NCBI GenBank assembly: GCA_000092065.1
Contig: CP000589.1
Length of the DNA: 64,000 bases
Source: Ostreococcus lucimarinus
Taxonomy: Eukaryota
Strand: one strand, 5' to 3'
Shown: in pieces, positions 47,816 through 56,428 of the stretch
Numbering within the stretch: position 1 is the stretch's first letter
Layout: the number at the start of each line of letters is the position of its first letter
Notes under the pieces: model-generated
Seen by the model: only the letters and a program-made list of their open reading frames with translations
Told to the model about the DNA's origin: nothing
Database searches by the model: none
Made by a program: the position numbers and the translations under genes

Positions 47816-49207
47816 TCATCGACGCGTAGCGTTCCACGACGTTTCGCCGGTCTTAGCGTTGTAGTAATATGTTTTTCCCTCTGGAGTTTGCGCCGTCATC
47901 CAATCGCTCGGTGGCGCGGAGTACGCGTCGGGGTAGTATTGCGCGCCGGGCGCCGACGTCGGGGCGTCGAACGCCGCGGAACCGGCGGCGGAGGACGGAT
48001 GCGCGAAGGGCAGAGGTGGCAACGTGACGTACGATGTTCCTTGCGTAGAATGCATCGCATCGCGCTGCTGTGGCGGCGCCGGTGATGTGTATCCTTGGAC
48101 TTCGATCTGAATGTTTGACGGGTCGGCAAAGCGATGGGGCGGCGTTCGCTCTGGCGCTAACGGTCGAGAAGCGGATGGGGGTGTCGCGGCTTGCGCAAAC
48201 CCTTGCCGCAATTGCTCCGTCGTTGACGCTTGCCCAGTCGAGGTCGACGTGCGCTCGCGCATGGCTTTCTGTAAAGCTTCGAGCCATTGCGATCGCTCGC
48301 GCTCGGAATCGGCGACGAGATACTTTGTCCCGATTCTCGCCGGTAGAGCGCCTTCGAGATGGATCGCGTAAGGCTTGCCAGCCGCCGCCTCTGACGCGAC
48401 GGACACACTGTCGATGGATTCTATCGGGATCTCTCCTCGAGTCACCGCGCGCTCGTTCACGACGTTGGTCTTGAACCACACCAAATGTCCTTGCTTCAAC
48501 ACGAACCATCGCTTGCGCCACGTTCGCAACATCTCTCCTTGCTTCGTGAGCCATCCCGAGTACTCAGGGGTCTCCCAGAATCGAATCCCCGCGGCCGAAG
48601 ACGTTGCCGTCGCGCCTGATCCCACCGTCGTCGCCTTGAGATTCATCCAATCCGATCCGCTTGACACTATGGTGTCCATCGCGTCCAAACCGTTCAACTC
48701 GCACCACTGAAAAGCCGACGTCGTCAACACATCCACGAGCGCCGCGATCGTCTTTACATCTGCGCTCAACGCTAACGACGTCTCGCCTGTGCCTTCTTTC
48801 GCGTGTATGCTCAAAATCGTCGGATCCGTCATCGACCATTTCGCTATTCTCGGCAGCTCGAACGCTCGTCTGGCTTTCGTCTCGTCGCCAACCGCGAAGC
48901 ACTTCACCCCATCCAGCCCGACTTGCGCGATGACGTCTTCTATGTCGTCCCCGTCGTTCACCGGAAGTGTCATGCATCGATAACGCACGTTCCCAGCGGG
49001 TGCACCGGGAATTTCTCCCGCCTGCGCGTCGCGCGGTCCGCTCGCGTCTCGCGGCGTCCCGTCGCTCCTCGCGCCGGCACCGTTCTGTCCATCGTACGCC
49101 CCTTGCATCACCGCGCTCCCGTGCGAACTCGGCGTGAGTGTCACGTACGATGTTGTCGGGTACCTCACCGGCGTCGACGCGTACGGGTCGGTGTTATACG
49201 GGTCCAT
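47816..49207 (-). CDS. PH-domain plus C-terminal WW-domain protein.
   Basis: PH: 'GWLTKQGEMLRTWRKRWFVLKQGHLVWFK...RSQWLEALQKA'. WW: 'DWMTAQTPEGKTYYYNAKTGETSWN'. ATG at 49205-49207. Confidence 0.65.
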   Translation of the reverse strand: MDPYNTDPYASTPVRYPTTSYVTLTPSSHGSAVMQGAYDGQNGAGARSDGTPRDASGPRDAQAGEIPGAPAGNVRYRCMTLPVNDGDDIEDVIAQVGLDGVKCFAVGDETKARRAFELPRIAKWSMTDPTILSIHAKEGTGETSLALSADVKTIAALVDVLTTSAFQWCELNGLDAMDTIVSSGSDWMNLKATTVGSGATATSSAAGIRFWETPEYSGWLTKQGEMLRTWRKRWFVLKQGHLVWFKTNVVNERAVTRGEIPIESIDSVSVASEAAAGKPYAIHLEGALPARIGTKYLVADSERERSQWLEALQKAMRERTSTSTGQASTTEQLRQGFAQAATPPSASRPLAPERTPPHRFADPSNIQIEVQGYTSPAPPQQRDAMHSTQGTSYVTLPPLPFAHPSSAAGSAAFDAPTSAPGAQYYPDAYSAPPSDWMTAQTPEGKTYYYNAKTGETSWNATRR

Positions 49208-49683
49208 GACGAGATTGAGAATTCACAGCACGGGCCTGGTGCCGTGTGATTCGTCGCCGTTTGTCGCGCGTCCACGCGCACGAGACGCGTTCGTGCGTCG
49301 CCACGAAGGGTTTAAAGGGTTTCTGGACGCGTGAGCGCGCGCACAGCTCGCGGGCGTCGCGCGCGCGCCGATTTATGAGGCGATGAAGCTAACGACCGAG
49401 ATTCTGGTGTGGTCCCTCTCTGAGGCGTGAGCGCCGCCCGCGCGAACGCGCGCAGAACGCACTTCAAATTGTCGATTTAAGTAATCAAAAAAGGGTATGT
49501 TACATGTGTGAGTGTGTCGGTGTGACTATACTAGCTATCGTGCCGTCGATCGCGAACAGAATAAGCAGAAAGCGAAGCGTCGCCGAGCTCGTCGAGCGGC
49601 GTCGCTCGTCGCGAAACGCAAATTGAGCGGAGCAATCTTGGATGCGCACAGAATGATACTCGCGTCAGCGAATACTTAAAGAT

Positions 49684-51507
49684 TTACTCGTACACGTCAG
49701 GCGTGCTGAGCGGAATGGGTGAAGTGAACGTGGCTCGCAACGGACCGTCCTTCGCAGCGTCGTGCATGCCGCCGAAGACAGTGTTCGTCTTTCTGTCTCG
49801 CGGCGTCTTGAACTCACCACCGTGGCCGCTATCCTCGTTGAAGAGCGGTACGGGCGCTTTACCGCGAGATGACGAAGACCGAATGCTGTACTTGCCCGGA
49901 CGCATGCCCGGCGTGAGCGGAGACATGAAACCGTGGGATGGCGTTGGACGAAGCGGAGACATCTGTCCGGCGCGAAGAGGAGACAACGCAGTCGCGGGAA
50001 GTGAGCTCGTAGAGAAGAAGGGCGAGAGTTGAACGCCTTCGGAAAGTAGAAGAGTTCGCAGCGGTGACTGCTCCACAGACTTGCTCAAGTTCGAGTATTC
50101 ACTCGATAAGTCGTCGGTATGCTCAAACGCTCGAAGCGGCGACCCCATCACCCCCGTCAACTTGAAATCCTCTATTATGAGGTCATCTTGCAACTCCTTG
50201 GCCGCCATCGTCGTTGCAGCGACGGTCTCTCGCGAGCGCGCTTTAGATTTGGAGACTTTCGACGCCTTCGCGGCTCCACCTCGTGGAAGCGCGGGGGAAG
50301 GACCGTTGTCGTTGTTCTTGCAACCTTCGCACTTGCAGTAATCTTGGCACTTGACGCCCGCCTGGAAGCACTCACAATACTTCTTCAAGCACGCGCTCTT
50401 TTTGCAATGGCAACCCTTGGTGTGACGCGCATCGTCGCCTGCATCAGCCATGATTTTGCTCTCGAACGCATACGGGTTGCGCTGCTCAATCTGCTGTCTC
50501 GTCTTCGTCACGATAGCCTCGTTCTCCGTCGTGTTTTGGCACTGCTGACAAGAGCAATCCTTGCAAAAGGCGCCGGCGGCGAAGCATTCGCAGTACAACT
50601 TGAGACATTTGCTCTTCTTGCAGTTGCACTTCTTACTCGCAACGAACTCTCGGCACGCACTGGCATTCTTCATGGCACTCGCGTTAGATGCCAGACTGGA
50701 GTTCTTCGCCGTCGCGACGCCGCGCTTCGCTACGACAGCCTTGGATGCCTCCACGCCGCCGCGCGGCGCGCGAGCGCTACGCGTGCCCACGCGAGGAGAA
50801 TCCGCATCGAAGTTCTTCAGAGTCTTCGTGTAACCTTTCGTCCATTCGACGCTCGCGCCAGTCGTGCTCGAACGTTTAGACGCAGAATCCTCGTGACCGT
50901 CCCCTCGCGACGCCCCTCCTCGACGTGGATACGAGCCTTGCTCTTCGACGCCGATGACGGAATCATCAAACTCGTCGTACATGTTTTGCAAGACGTATCG
51001 ATCATCTTGAAGTGCTTGGACGTCCAACTCACCAAATTCAACATCGAGTTGCCTTCGCGCGCGCCCACCACCGCCGTTTCCTCGTTGAATCGACGCCTCC
51101 GCGCTCAGCGCCAAGCGCGCGACGTCCGAAACGCCGCCGCCGTTTGTCGCCTTTCCATCGCCATCACTGCGTCGCCGAGCGTCATCCGATGCATTCGTCA
51201 GTCTCACGCGATTCATTTCGATCGTGTTCACCGCCAACTCGCGTCTGACCACCCTATTCGAGCGCCCTTCGCGACGTCGATTCCCCTCTCTTCTCTCGCG
51301 CGCTCGAGGCTCCCACCCGCCCGTCTCCCGGAGACGGCCACCGAAACGCGCGCAATCACCCCGCGGCCGCGCTCTCGCGCGTGGACGACTCGCGACGTAC
51401 CTCATCGGTCTCGATGGAGAATTAAAGCACGGAACTTCCGGCGATCGCACGCCCACGGACGAGACGTAACGCGTCGTGCTCGCGTCGCTCAACTGCGCGC
51501 GCGACAT
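49684..51507 (-). CDS. Tesmin/TSO1-like CXC (CRC) domain DNA-binding protein (LIN54 / TSO1 family). The N-terminus is uncertain.
   Basis: There are two CXC modules, '[34 protein letters not shown]' and '[36 protein letters not shown]', separated by the '[10 protein letters not shown]' hinge. The first ATG is at 51507; the track start at 51564 is TTG. Confidence 0.8.
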   Translation of the reverse strand: MSRAQLSDASTTRYVSSVGVRSPEVPCFNSPSRPMRYVASRPRARARPRGDCARFGGRLRETGGWEPRARERREGNRRREGRSNRVVRRELAVNTIEMNRVRLTNASDDARRRSDGDGKATNGGGVSDVARLALSAEASIQRGNGGGGRARRQLDVEFGELDVQALQDDRYVLQNMYDEFDDSVIGVEEQGSYPRRGGASRGDGHEDSASKRSSTTGASVEWTKGYTKTLKNFDADSPRVGTRSARAPRGGVEASKAVVAKRGVATAKNSSLASNASAMKNASACREFVASKKCNCKKSKCLKLYCECFAAGAFCKDCSCQQCQNTTENEAIVTKTRQQIEQRNPYAFESKIMADAGDDARHTKGCHCKKSACLKKYCECFQAGVKCQDYCKCEGCKNNDNGPSPALPRGGAAKASKVSKSKARSRETVAATTMAAKELQDDLIIEDFKLTGVMGSPLRAFEHTDDLSSEYSNLSKSVEQSPLRTLLLSEGVQLSPFFSTSSLPATALSPLRAGQMSPLRPTPSHGFMSPLTPGMRPGKYSIRSSSSRGKAPVPLFNEDSGHGGEFKTPRDRKTNTVFGGMHDAAKDGPLRATFTSPIPLSTPDVYE

Positions 51508-52063
51508 CGCGATCGGGCTCAAACTGGATGCGCAAAAATTGAAGAATCCCGGCGACCCGAGCAACGCGGTGACCTGCGACGCGAACCGATCGACGCGTGA
51601 TTTTCGTCAGTCCCCTCCGCATCGCGCGGTCCGTCGTCGCCCCTCCCTCGCGCGCGCGACGACGGTTTAAAATCATCACATCGATTTGCGCGGGAAAACT
51701 CGATTGCGCGTGTTCGCGCGCGAACACGCACGTCTTCGTCCGTCGTTTTCGCGCGTCGTTCGGGCGTTTTGCACCCATCGTCGCCCGCGACGTCGCGCGC
51801 GATTTCTTCGTCGTCGTCATCGCCGCGCGCGCTTCGTCGCGTCCGCCGCGTCGCGCGCGCGGTCGCGCCCATCGTGCGCCGCGCGGAGTGCGGCCGTCGT
51901 CCGGCCTTTGGCGTCCTCGCGTCCTCGAGCGCATCGTTAAATACGAGATTTGATGGCGTTTTCGGACGCACGGCGCGATGGATTCGCGCGCGATCGTCGT
52001 CGTCGGACGTTCGGACGTTTCGGCGTCGGCGCGAAGGGACGCGCGCGACGCCGACGACGACGA

Positions 52064-52104
<41 letters not shown>

Positions 52105-52317
52105 GCGTCGACGCGTCGTCCCGACCGCGCGCGTCGGCGGGCGAGCGACGGACGACGACGACGACGACGGGACGGGCGGCGACGCGACAGCTCGGGAGAG
52201 GTTTGAATTCGAGCGGGACGCGCGAGACGCGAGGAGGGGTCGGACCGAGGCGCGCGACCGGCGAACGGGTTCGAACGGGCGAGGATCGAGGGAGAACGCG
52301 CGGTGGGATGGCTAGGG

Positions 52318-53388
52318 TTACCTATTTCTGCTCGCGGGGCGACGGGCGCGAACGACGCGGCGACCGGGCGCGGGGTCGGCGGCGGCGCCGGCGGAGAACG
52401 CGAACGGCGTCGCGCTCGGCGCTCCGACGGTGGGGGGCTTGGAGAAAGGATTCGCGGTCGACGATGACGGTGGCGCGGCGGTGAAGGTGAAACCACCGGT
52501 CGAGGACGGTGGGTTCGACGTCGTCGTCGATTTCGCGGGCTCGGCGGCGGCGGTCGCCGCGGTCGATTTGAACTCGGCCAACGCGGCGCCCAAGCCGCCA
52601 CTGTCGTTCGATTTCGGTCTATCGCTCGCGACGGTCGTCGCGTAAGACGACGGTAAGCCGAGCGCGGGCGCCCGCGTGGCTTCTAAGCGCTCTCGCTCGG
52701 CTTTGTCCTCGGCCAGTTCATCGAACTCGACCCGAGCGCGAACGTCGACGATTCGTCTTCTCCCTCCCAAGCCGCGGCGGTTCGTCGGGCCTCGTCGCGC
52801 GGGCGCCGCCACGCGCGACGACATCTTGGGCAGCGCCTTGAATCCATCTAATCTACCGCCCTTCAAAACCTTTTCCGCGACCAGAACAGGCGTCGCGCGC
52901 GCTCGCGGAGCTTGAACGCTCGCGCGCTCCGAAGTTCGCCGACGGTGCGCCGCGGGCGTCTCCGCATCCTCTTCGTCCTCTATCCCCCGCTTGCGCTTCG
53001 CGCTCGGCCAAGGCGCTAGATCTTCGTCGCCTCGTCCCGATATTTCTCCGCGCACGACGGCGACGTCCACATCGTCGTCGTGTCGAGGTCGTTTACCGCC
53101 CGCGCCGTCGTCGTCGCCGCCGCCGTCGACGTCGCCGTTCGCGCCCTCACCGTTCGTCCCGCTCGATTCGCGCGCGCGTTTACCGCCGACGGCGTCTCTG
53201 ACGAACCGCGACATCGCGCGCGACGCTTGGTTCCCGTTCGTCGCGCGCGCGACGCCATCGGACGACGCTCGAGCGAAGGACAAACGACGCGGAACGAGCG
53301 ATTTCACGCTCGACGCCGGCGAACTGCCCGCGATTTCCCCGACCGGGCCGCTCAGGTACGCCCCCAGAACGCGTCGAACGGTGTCCAT
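52318..53388 (-). CDS. Hypothetical protein with FxF / FG-like repeats near the C-terminus (nucleoporin-like?).
   Basis: 'GGFTFTAAPPSSSTANPFSKPPTVGAPSATPFAFSAGA' is present. Composition is unbiased apart from the repeats. The first ATG is at 53388; the track start is TTG. Confidence 0.3.
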   Translation of the reverse strand: MDTVRRVLGAYLSGPVGEIAGSSPASSVKSLVPRRLSFARASSDGVARATNGNQASRAMSRFVRDAVGGKRARESSGTNGEGANGDVDGGGDDDGAGGKRPRHDDDVDVAVVRGEISGRGDEDLAPWPSAKRKRGIEDEEDAETPAAHRRRTSERASVQAPRARATPVLVAEKVLKGGRLDGFKALPKMSSRVAAPARRGPTNRRGLGGRRRIVDVRARVEFDELAEDKAERERLEATRAPALGLPSSYATTVASDRPKSNDSGGLGAALAEFKSTAATAAAEPAKSTTTSNPPSSTGGFTFTAAPPSSSTANPFSKPPTVGAPSATPFAFSAGAAADPAPGRRVVRARRPASRNR

Positions 53389-53583
53389 GGCGCGCGCGAC
53401 GCCCGCGCGCGAGCGCCGAGCGCGGGATTCTGCGGCGCGTCTCTTCGCGCCGCGGCACGGTCGACGGCGACGGCGAACGAAGGCGATACAAACGGTGAAC
53501 AATGCGTAACAAAGCGAGCGAGCGAACGAGCGGGCGAACGAATAACGCGCGACGCGACGCGACGCGCGCGCGAGATCGCGCGC

Positions 53584-54194
53584 TCACAGACCGTCGCCCT
53601 CGGCCCAACACTGGTTCAAGAATTCGACCATCTCGCGAAGCGGAATCGGCGCCTTGAACGCGCGATCGACGCAAACTCTGTCGACGCCGAGAAACGAGTC
53701 GTACGACGCGTTTCTCGGAATCTGACGCTTCGTCGCGCGATCGCGATCGACGTCGCCCTCCGCGCGCCGCCGCCGTCCCGGATTGGTCCACATCTCCCTC
53801 CGTTTCAACCACAACAACAACGCTCGATTCGTCGCGACGCCGTTGATTCGGTTGAACCGGTACGTCTTCGCGTCGATCCCAAAATCCGGTTCTCGCCCCG
53901 ACCCCGACCCCGAATCATCGCTCGACCGCACCGTCGTCGCGCTTTCGCTCGCGCGTCGCCGATGGTTCCCGTTCGCGCCCCCATCCGCTCGCGCGTTCGC
54001 GTCGCCGTCGCGTCGCCGCCGCGCGCGCGTCGCCGTCGTCGTCCTCCGCCTCTGTTCGCCCGCGCCGCCGTCCTCCCGCGCGCTCGCGCCGCCGCCGAAG
54101 CACCCGCTCAGCAGCGTCGTCCATCCCGCCCCGTCGCGCGTCCCGTCGCGCGCGCGGCGCGTCGTCGCGTCGTTCGTCGTCGCGCGCCGTCGTC

Positions 54195-54229
<35 letters not shown>

Positions 54230-54312
54230 TCGCGCGTCGTCGTCGTCGTCGTCGCGCGTCGCGCGTTCGAGGCGTCGGCGACGCCGTCGCGCGCGTCCCG
54301 CGTCGACCGCAT
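53584..54312 (-). CDS. Hypothetical protein. It has a low-complexity N-terminal half (poly-Thr, poly-Asp) and a conserved-looking ~100-aa C-terminal domain.
   Basis: The C-terminal 'EPDFGIDAKTYRFNRINGVATNRALLLWLKRREMW...SYDSFLGVDRVCVDRAFKAPIPLREMVEFLNQCWAEG' has unbiased, domain-like composition. ATG at 54310-54312. The family is not recognised. Confidence 0.3.
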
Positions 54313-54480
54313 CCGTGTGACGCCGCGCGCCGTTCGCGGGAGGCGTCGCGCCGTCGCCGTCGCGAATCGAATTGTCGAATCGTCGAATGGCGTCGCGTTG
54401 AATCGTCACACCGCGACGCTCCGCGCGCGCGATCTCGCGACCCGAACGCGAGCTCGAACTCGAACTCGACCGCTCGCGCC

Positions 54481-55041
54481 ATGGTCCGCGCGTCCACGCT
54501 CGCGCTGCACCTGAACCTGGTCGAAACGATCGCGGGCGCGGAATTGGTGGCGCTCGCCAATCCGCGGTCCGCGCTTTCGGCGATCCCGCGGTTGACGAAC
54601 GGCGGAGGCCTCGGGGATGGGCTGGCGCGCGCGTGCGCGCAAAACGCGGTCGTCGCGTTCGTGGTCTCGCTGTACGGCTCGCTCTTGGTGGTGAGCGGCG
54701 CGTGCGCGGCGATGAAAATTCGCGACCGGACGCTGCGCGTGGGCGAACGACAATTCGCGGGGACGCACGCGGTCATCGCGGCGAACTGCGTGGCGTTTCG
54801 CGCGCGCGTGCCCGCGGTCTTTCCACTGGGGGCGTTGTTCCACGCCGTCGTCGCCGCGCTGTTCCATCTCGGCGACGGCTACAAGTTGCCGCTGAAGTTT
54901 CCGAGCGTGCTCGGACGCGCGAAGACGACGAGCGCGGCGGCGCGCAAGGCGGCGAAGAAGCCATCCAAGAAGTCTTCGTCGAACAAGGCGAAGCGAGCGC
55001 CGGCCAAGCGCGCGTCGTCGAGCAGAAAGAGCCGGCGTTGA
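54481..55041 (+). CDS. Hypothetical membrane protein with a lysine/serine/alanine-rich (histone-H1-like) C-terminal tail.
   Basis: ATG at 54481. There are two or three hydrophobic spans ('AVVAFVVSLYGSLLVVSGA', 'VPAVFPLGALFHAVVAALF') and a tail 'KTTSAAARKAAKKPSKKSSSNKAKRAPAKRASSSRKSRR'. The upstream 467 codons of the listed ORF are arginine-rich and non-conserved. Confidence 0.3.
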   Translation: MVRASTLALHLNLVETIAGAELVALANPRSALSAIPRLTNGGGLGDGLARACAQNAVVAFVVSLYGSLLVVSGACAAMKIRDRTLRVGERQFAGTHAVIAANCVAFRARVPAVFPLGALFHAVVAALFHLGDGYKLPLKFPSVLGRAKTTSAAARKAAKKPSKKSSSNKAKRAPAKRASSSRKSRR

Positions 55042-55155
55042 TCGAAAGTCGATCGCAAGTCGATCGATCGTCGACGCCCGTCGTCGCGACGACCGGCGGC
55101 GCGCGGCGACGGTCGCTCGCCCGGGCATCGACACATATTTAACAGGTTTCTGGGC

Positions 55156-55164
55156 TATATAATA
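55156..55164 (+). promoter_or_regulatory. TATA-like element 'TATATAATA' about 120 bp upstream of the plastocyanin ATG.
   Basis: It is an isolated AT-rich island (55140-55200) in otherwise >65% GC DNA, immediately 5' of a gene expected to be highly expressed. Confidence 0.35.
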
Positions 55165-55285
55165 ACACATAAAAACTAATATACACCAATAACTCAATGC
55201 GCATACCCGAAGAACGGACCGAAAATCGCTCGCCCCGGACGCTCCTTGCGCGCGTCGTCGTCACACCCACGCGCTCGACATCGTC

Positions 55286-55765
55286 ATGTCTGCCTTCACC
55301 ACCTCCTTCACCGGCGTTCGCGTCGTCTCCAAGACCACGGTCGCGAAGAAGACCGTCTCCACCAAGGCGTGCGCGTCCATGGACTTCAAGAAGGTGCGTC
55401 GCGAATTCGCACGCGCGCCGAATTCGCGCCCTCGATCGCCGTTCGCGGGCGACGCGCGGATCGATCCGGCGTCGCGAACGCGCCGGTCGAGCGCGCGTCG
55501 TCGCGCGTCTGCGCGCGCGCGTCCGCGATCGAGAATCTTCGAATTTCGCCTCGCGCGCGCGACGGACGCGCGCGCGACGAACGCGATCGCGCGCGCGACC
55601 GACGACGCGTCGATCGCCGACTGACGATGACGCGACCTAATTTCCGACGCGCGCAGGCTGCGGTCGTCGCCGCGACGACGCTCGCGATGTCCTCCCCGGC
55701 GTTCGCGGCGACCATCAAGCTCGGCGGTGATAACGGCGAGCTCGGTTTCTACGTGCGTGACCCGA

Positions 55766-55801
<36 letters not shown>

Positions 55802-56195
55802 CGCGACGGACCCCCCCGAGCGAACCTCTAGATACGGTTAGCGCTCGACGACCAATCCTGACTCGAGGGGACCCGGCGCGGGTGGATGACGAGGACGACG
55901 AACGAGCGCGAAGACTGACGGACGCGCGCGATTTCCCGATGAATAGCCGCCGTCCATCACGGTCAAGGCTGGTGAAACGATTGAATTCGTCAACAACAAG
56001 GCGTTCCCGCACAACGTCGTCTTCGACGAAGACAACGTGCCGGCGGGCGTCAACGTCGACGCCATCTCGCACGAAGACTACTTGAACGGCCCGGGCGAGA
56101 AGGTGACGAACAAGTTCGACACCCCGGGTACGTACGGCTACTACTGCGAACCGCACCAAGGTGCGGGCATGGCGGGTAAGATCATCGTCCAATAA
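55286..56195 (+). CDS. PETE: Plastocyanin precursor, modelled as join(55286..55393,55657..55752,55947..56195). It has three exons and two introns with GTGCGT donors.
   Basis: Exon 1 is a stromal transit peptide '[36 protein letters not shown]'. Exon 2 is the lumen-transfer domain plus mature start '...[17 protein letters not shown]|[15 protein letters not shown]'. Exon 3 is '[82 protein letters not shown]'. This is almost identical in pattern to Chlamydomonas plastocyanin, including the copper ligands in H37 (PHN) and the C-x-x-H-x-x-M triad. Confidence 0.9.
55394..55656 (+). other. Plastocyanin intron 1 (GTGCGT ... cgcgcAG).
   Basis: It is required to join the transit-peptide exon to the hydrophobic lumen-targeting exon in phase 0. 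Confidence 0.7.
55753..55946 (+). other. Plastocyanin intron 2 (GTGCGT ... gaatAG). It contains a (GACGCG)5 repeat.
   Basis: It is required to join 'GELGFY' to '[10 protein letters not shown]', which is collinear with the Chlamydomonas mature protein. Confidence 0.75.
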
Positions 56196-56428
56196 ATTGG
56201 CCAGCTATGATGGTTTGAAACGCGCGAACGACGCGGTTTCGGCGCGGTTTGGTTAAATGGCGCCGAGGGCGCGCGCTCGCGCGTCGTCGGTACTACGGCG
56301 CGCGTCGCTCTTTCGTTCGACCGCGCACACAAGAGTGTCTTTAATAAACGATGAATTAATTTCAAGTTCAATGTTTTCGCAAGCTCGCACGATGCGCGCG
56401 CTCGCGTGCCTAAATACATCTACATCAA

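Noticed and set aside
51519-52601. 360-aa minus-strand ORF with Pro / Arg runs. The neighbouring ORFs 51422..51934 (-) and 51978..52484 (+) are grouped with it.
   Set aside because: It is a compositionally biased translation of the microsatellite-containing intergenic region and shows no periodic conservation. The neighbouring ORFs are treated likewise.
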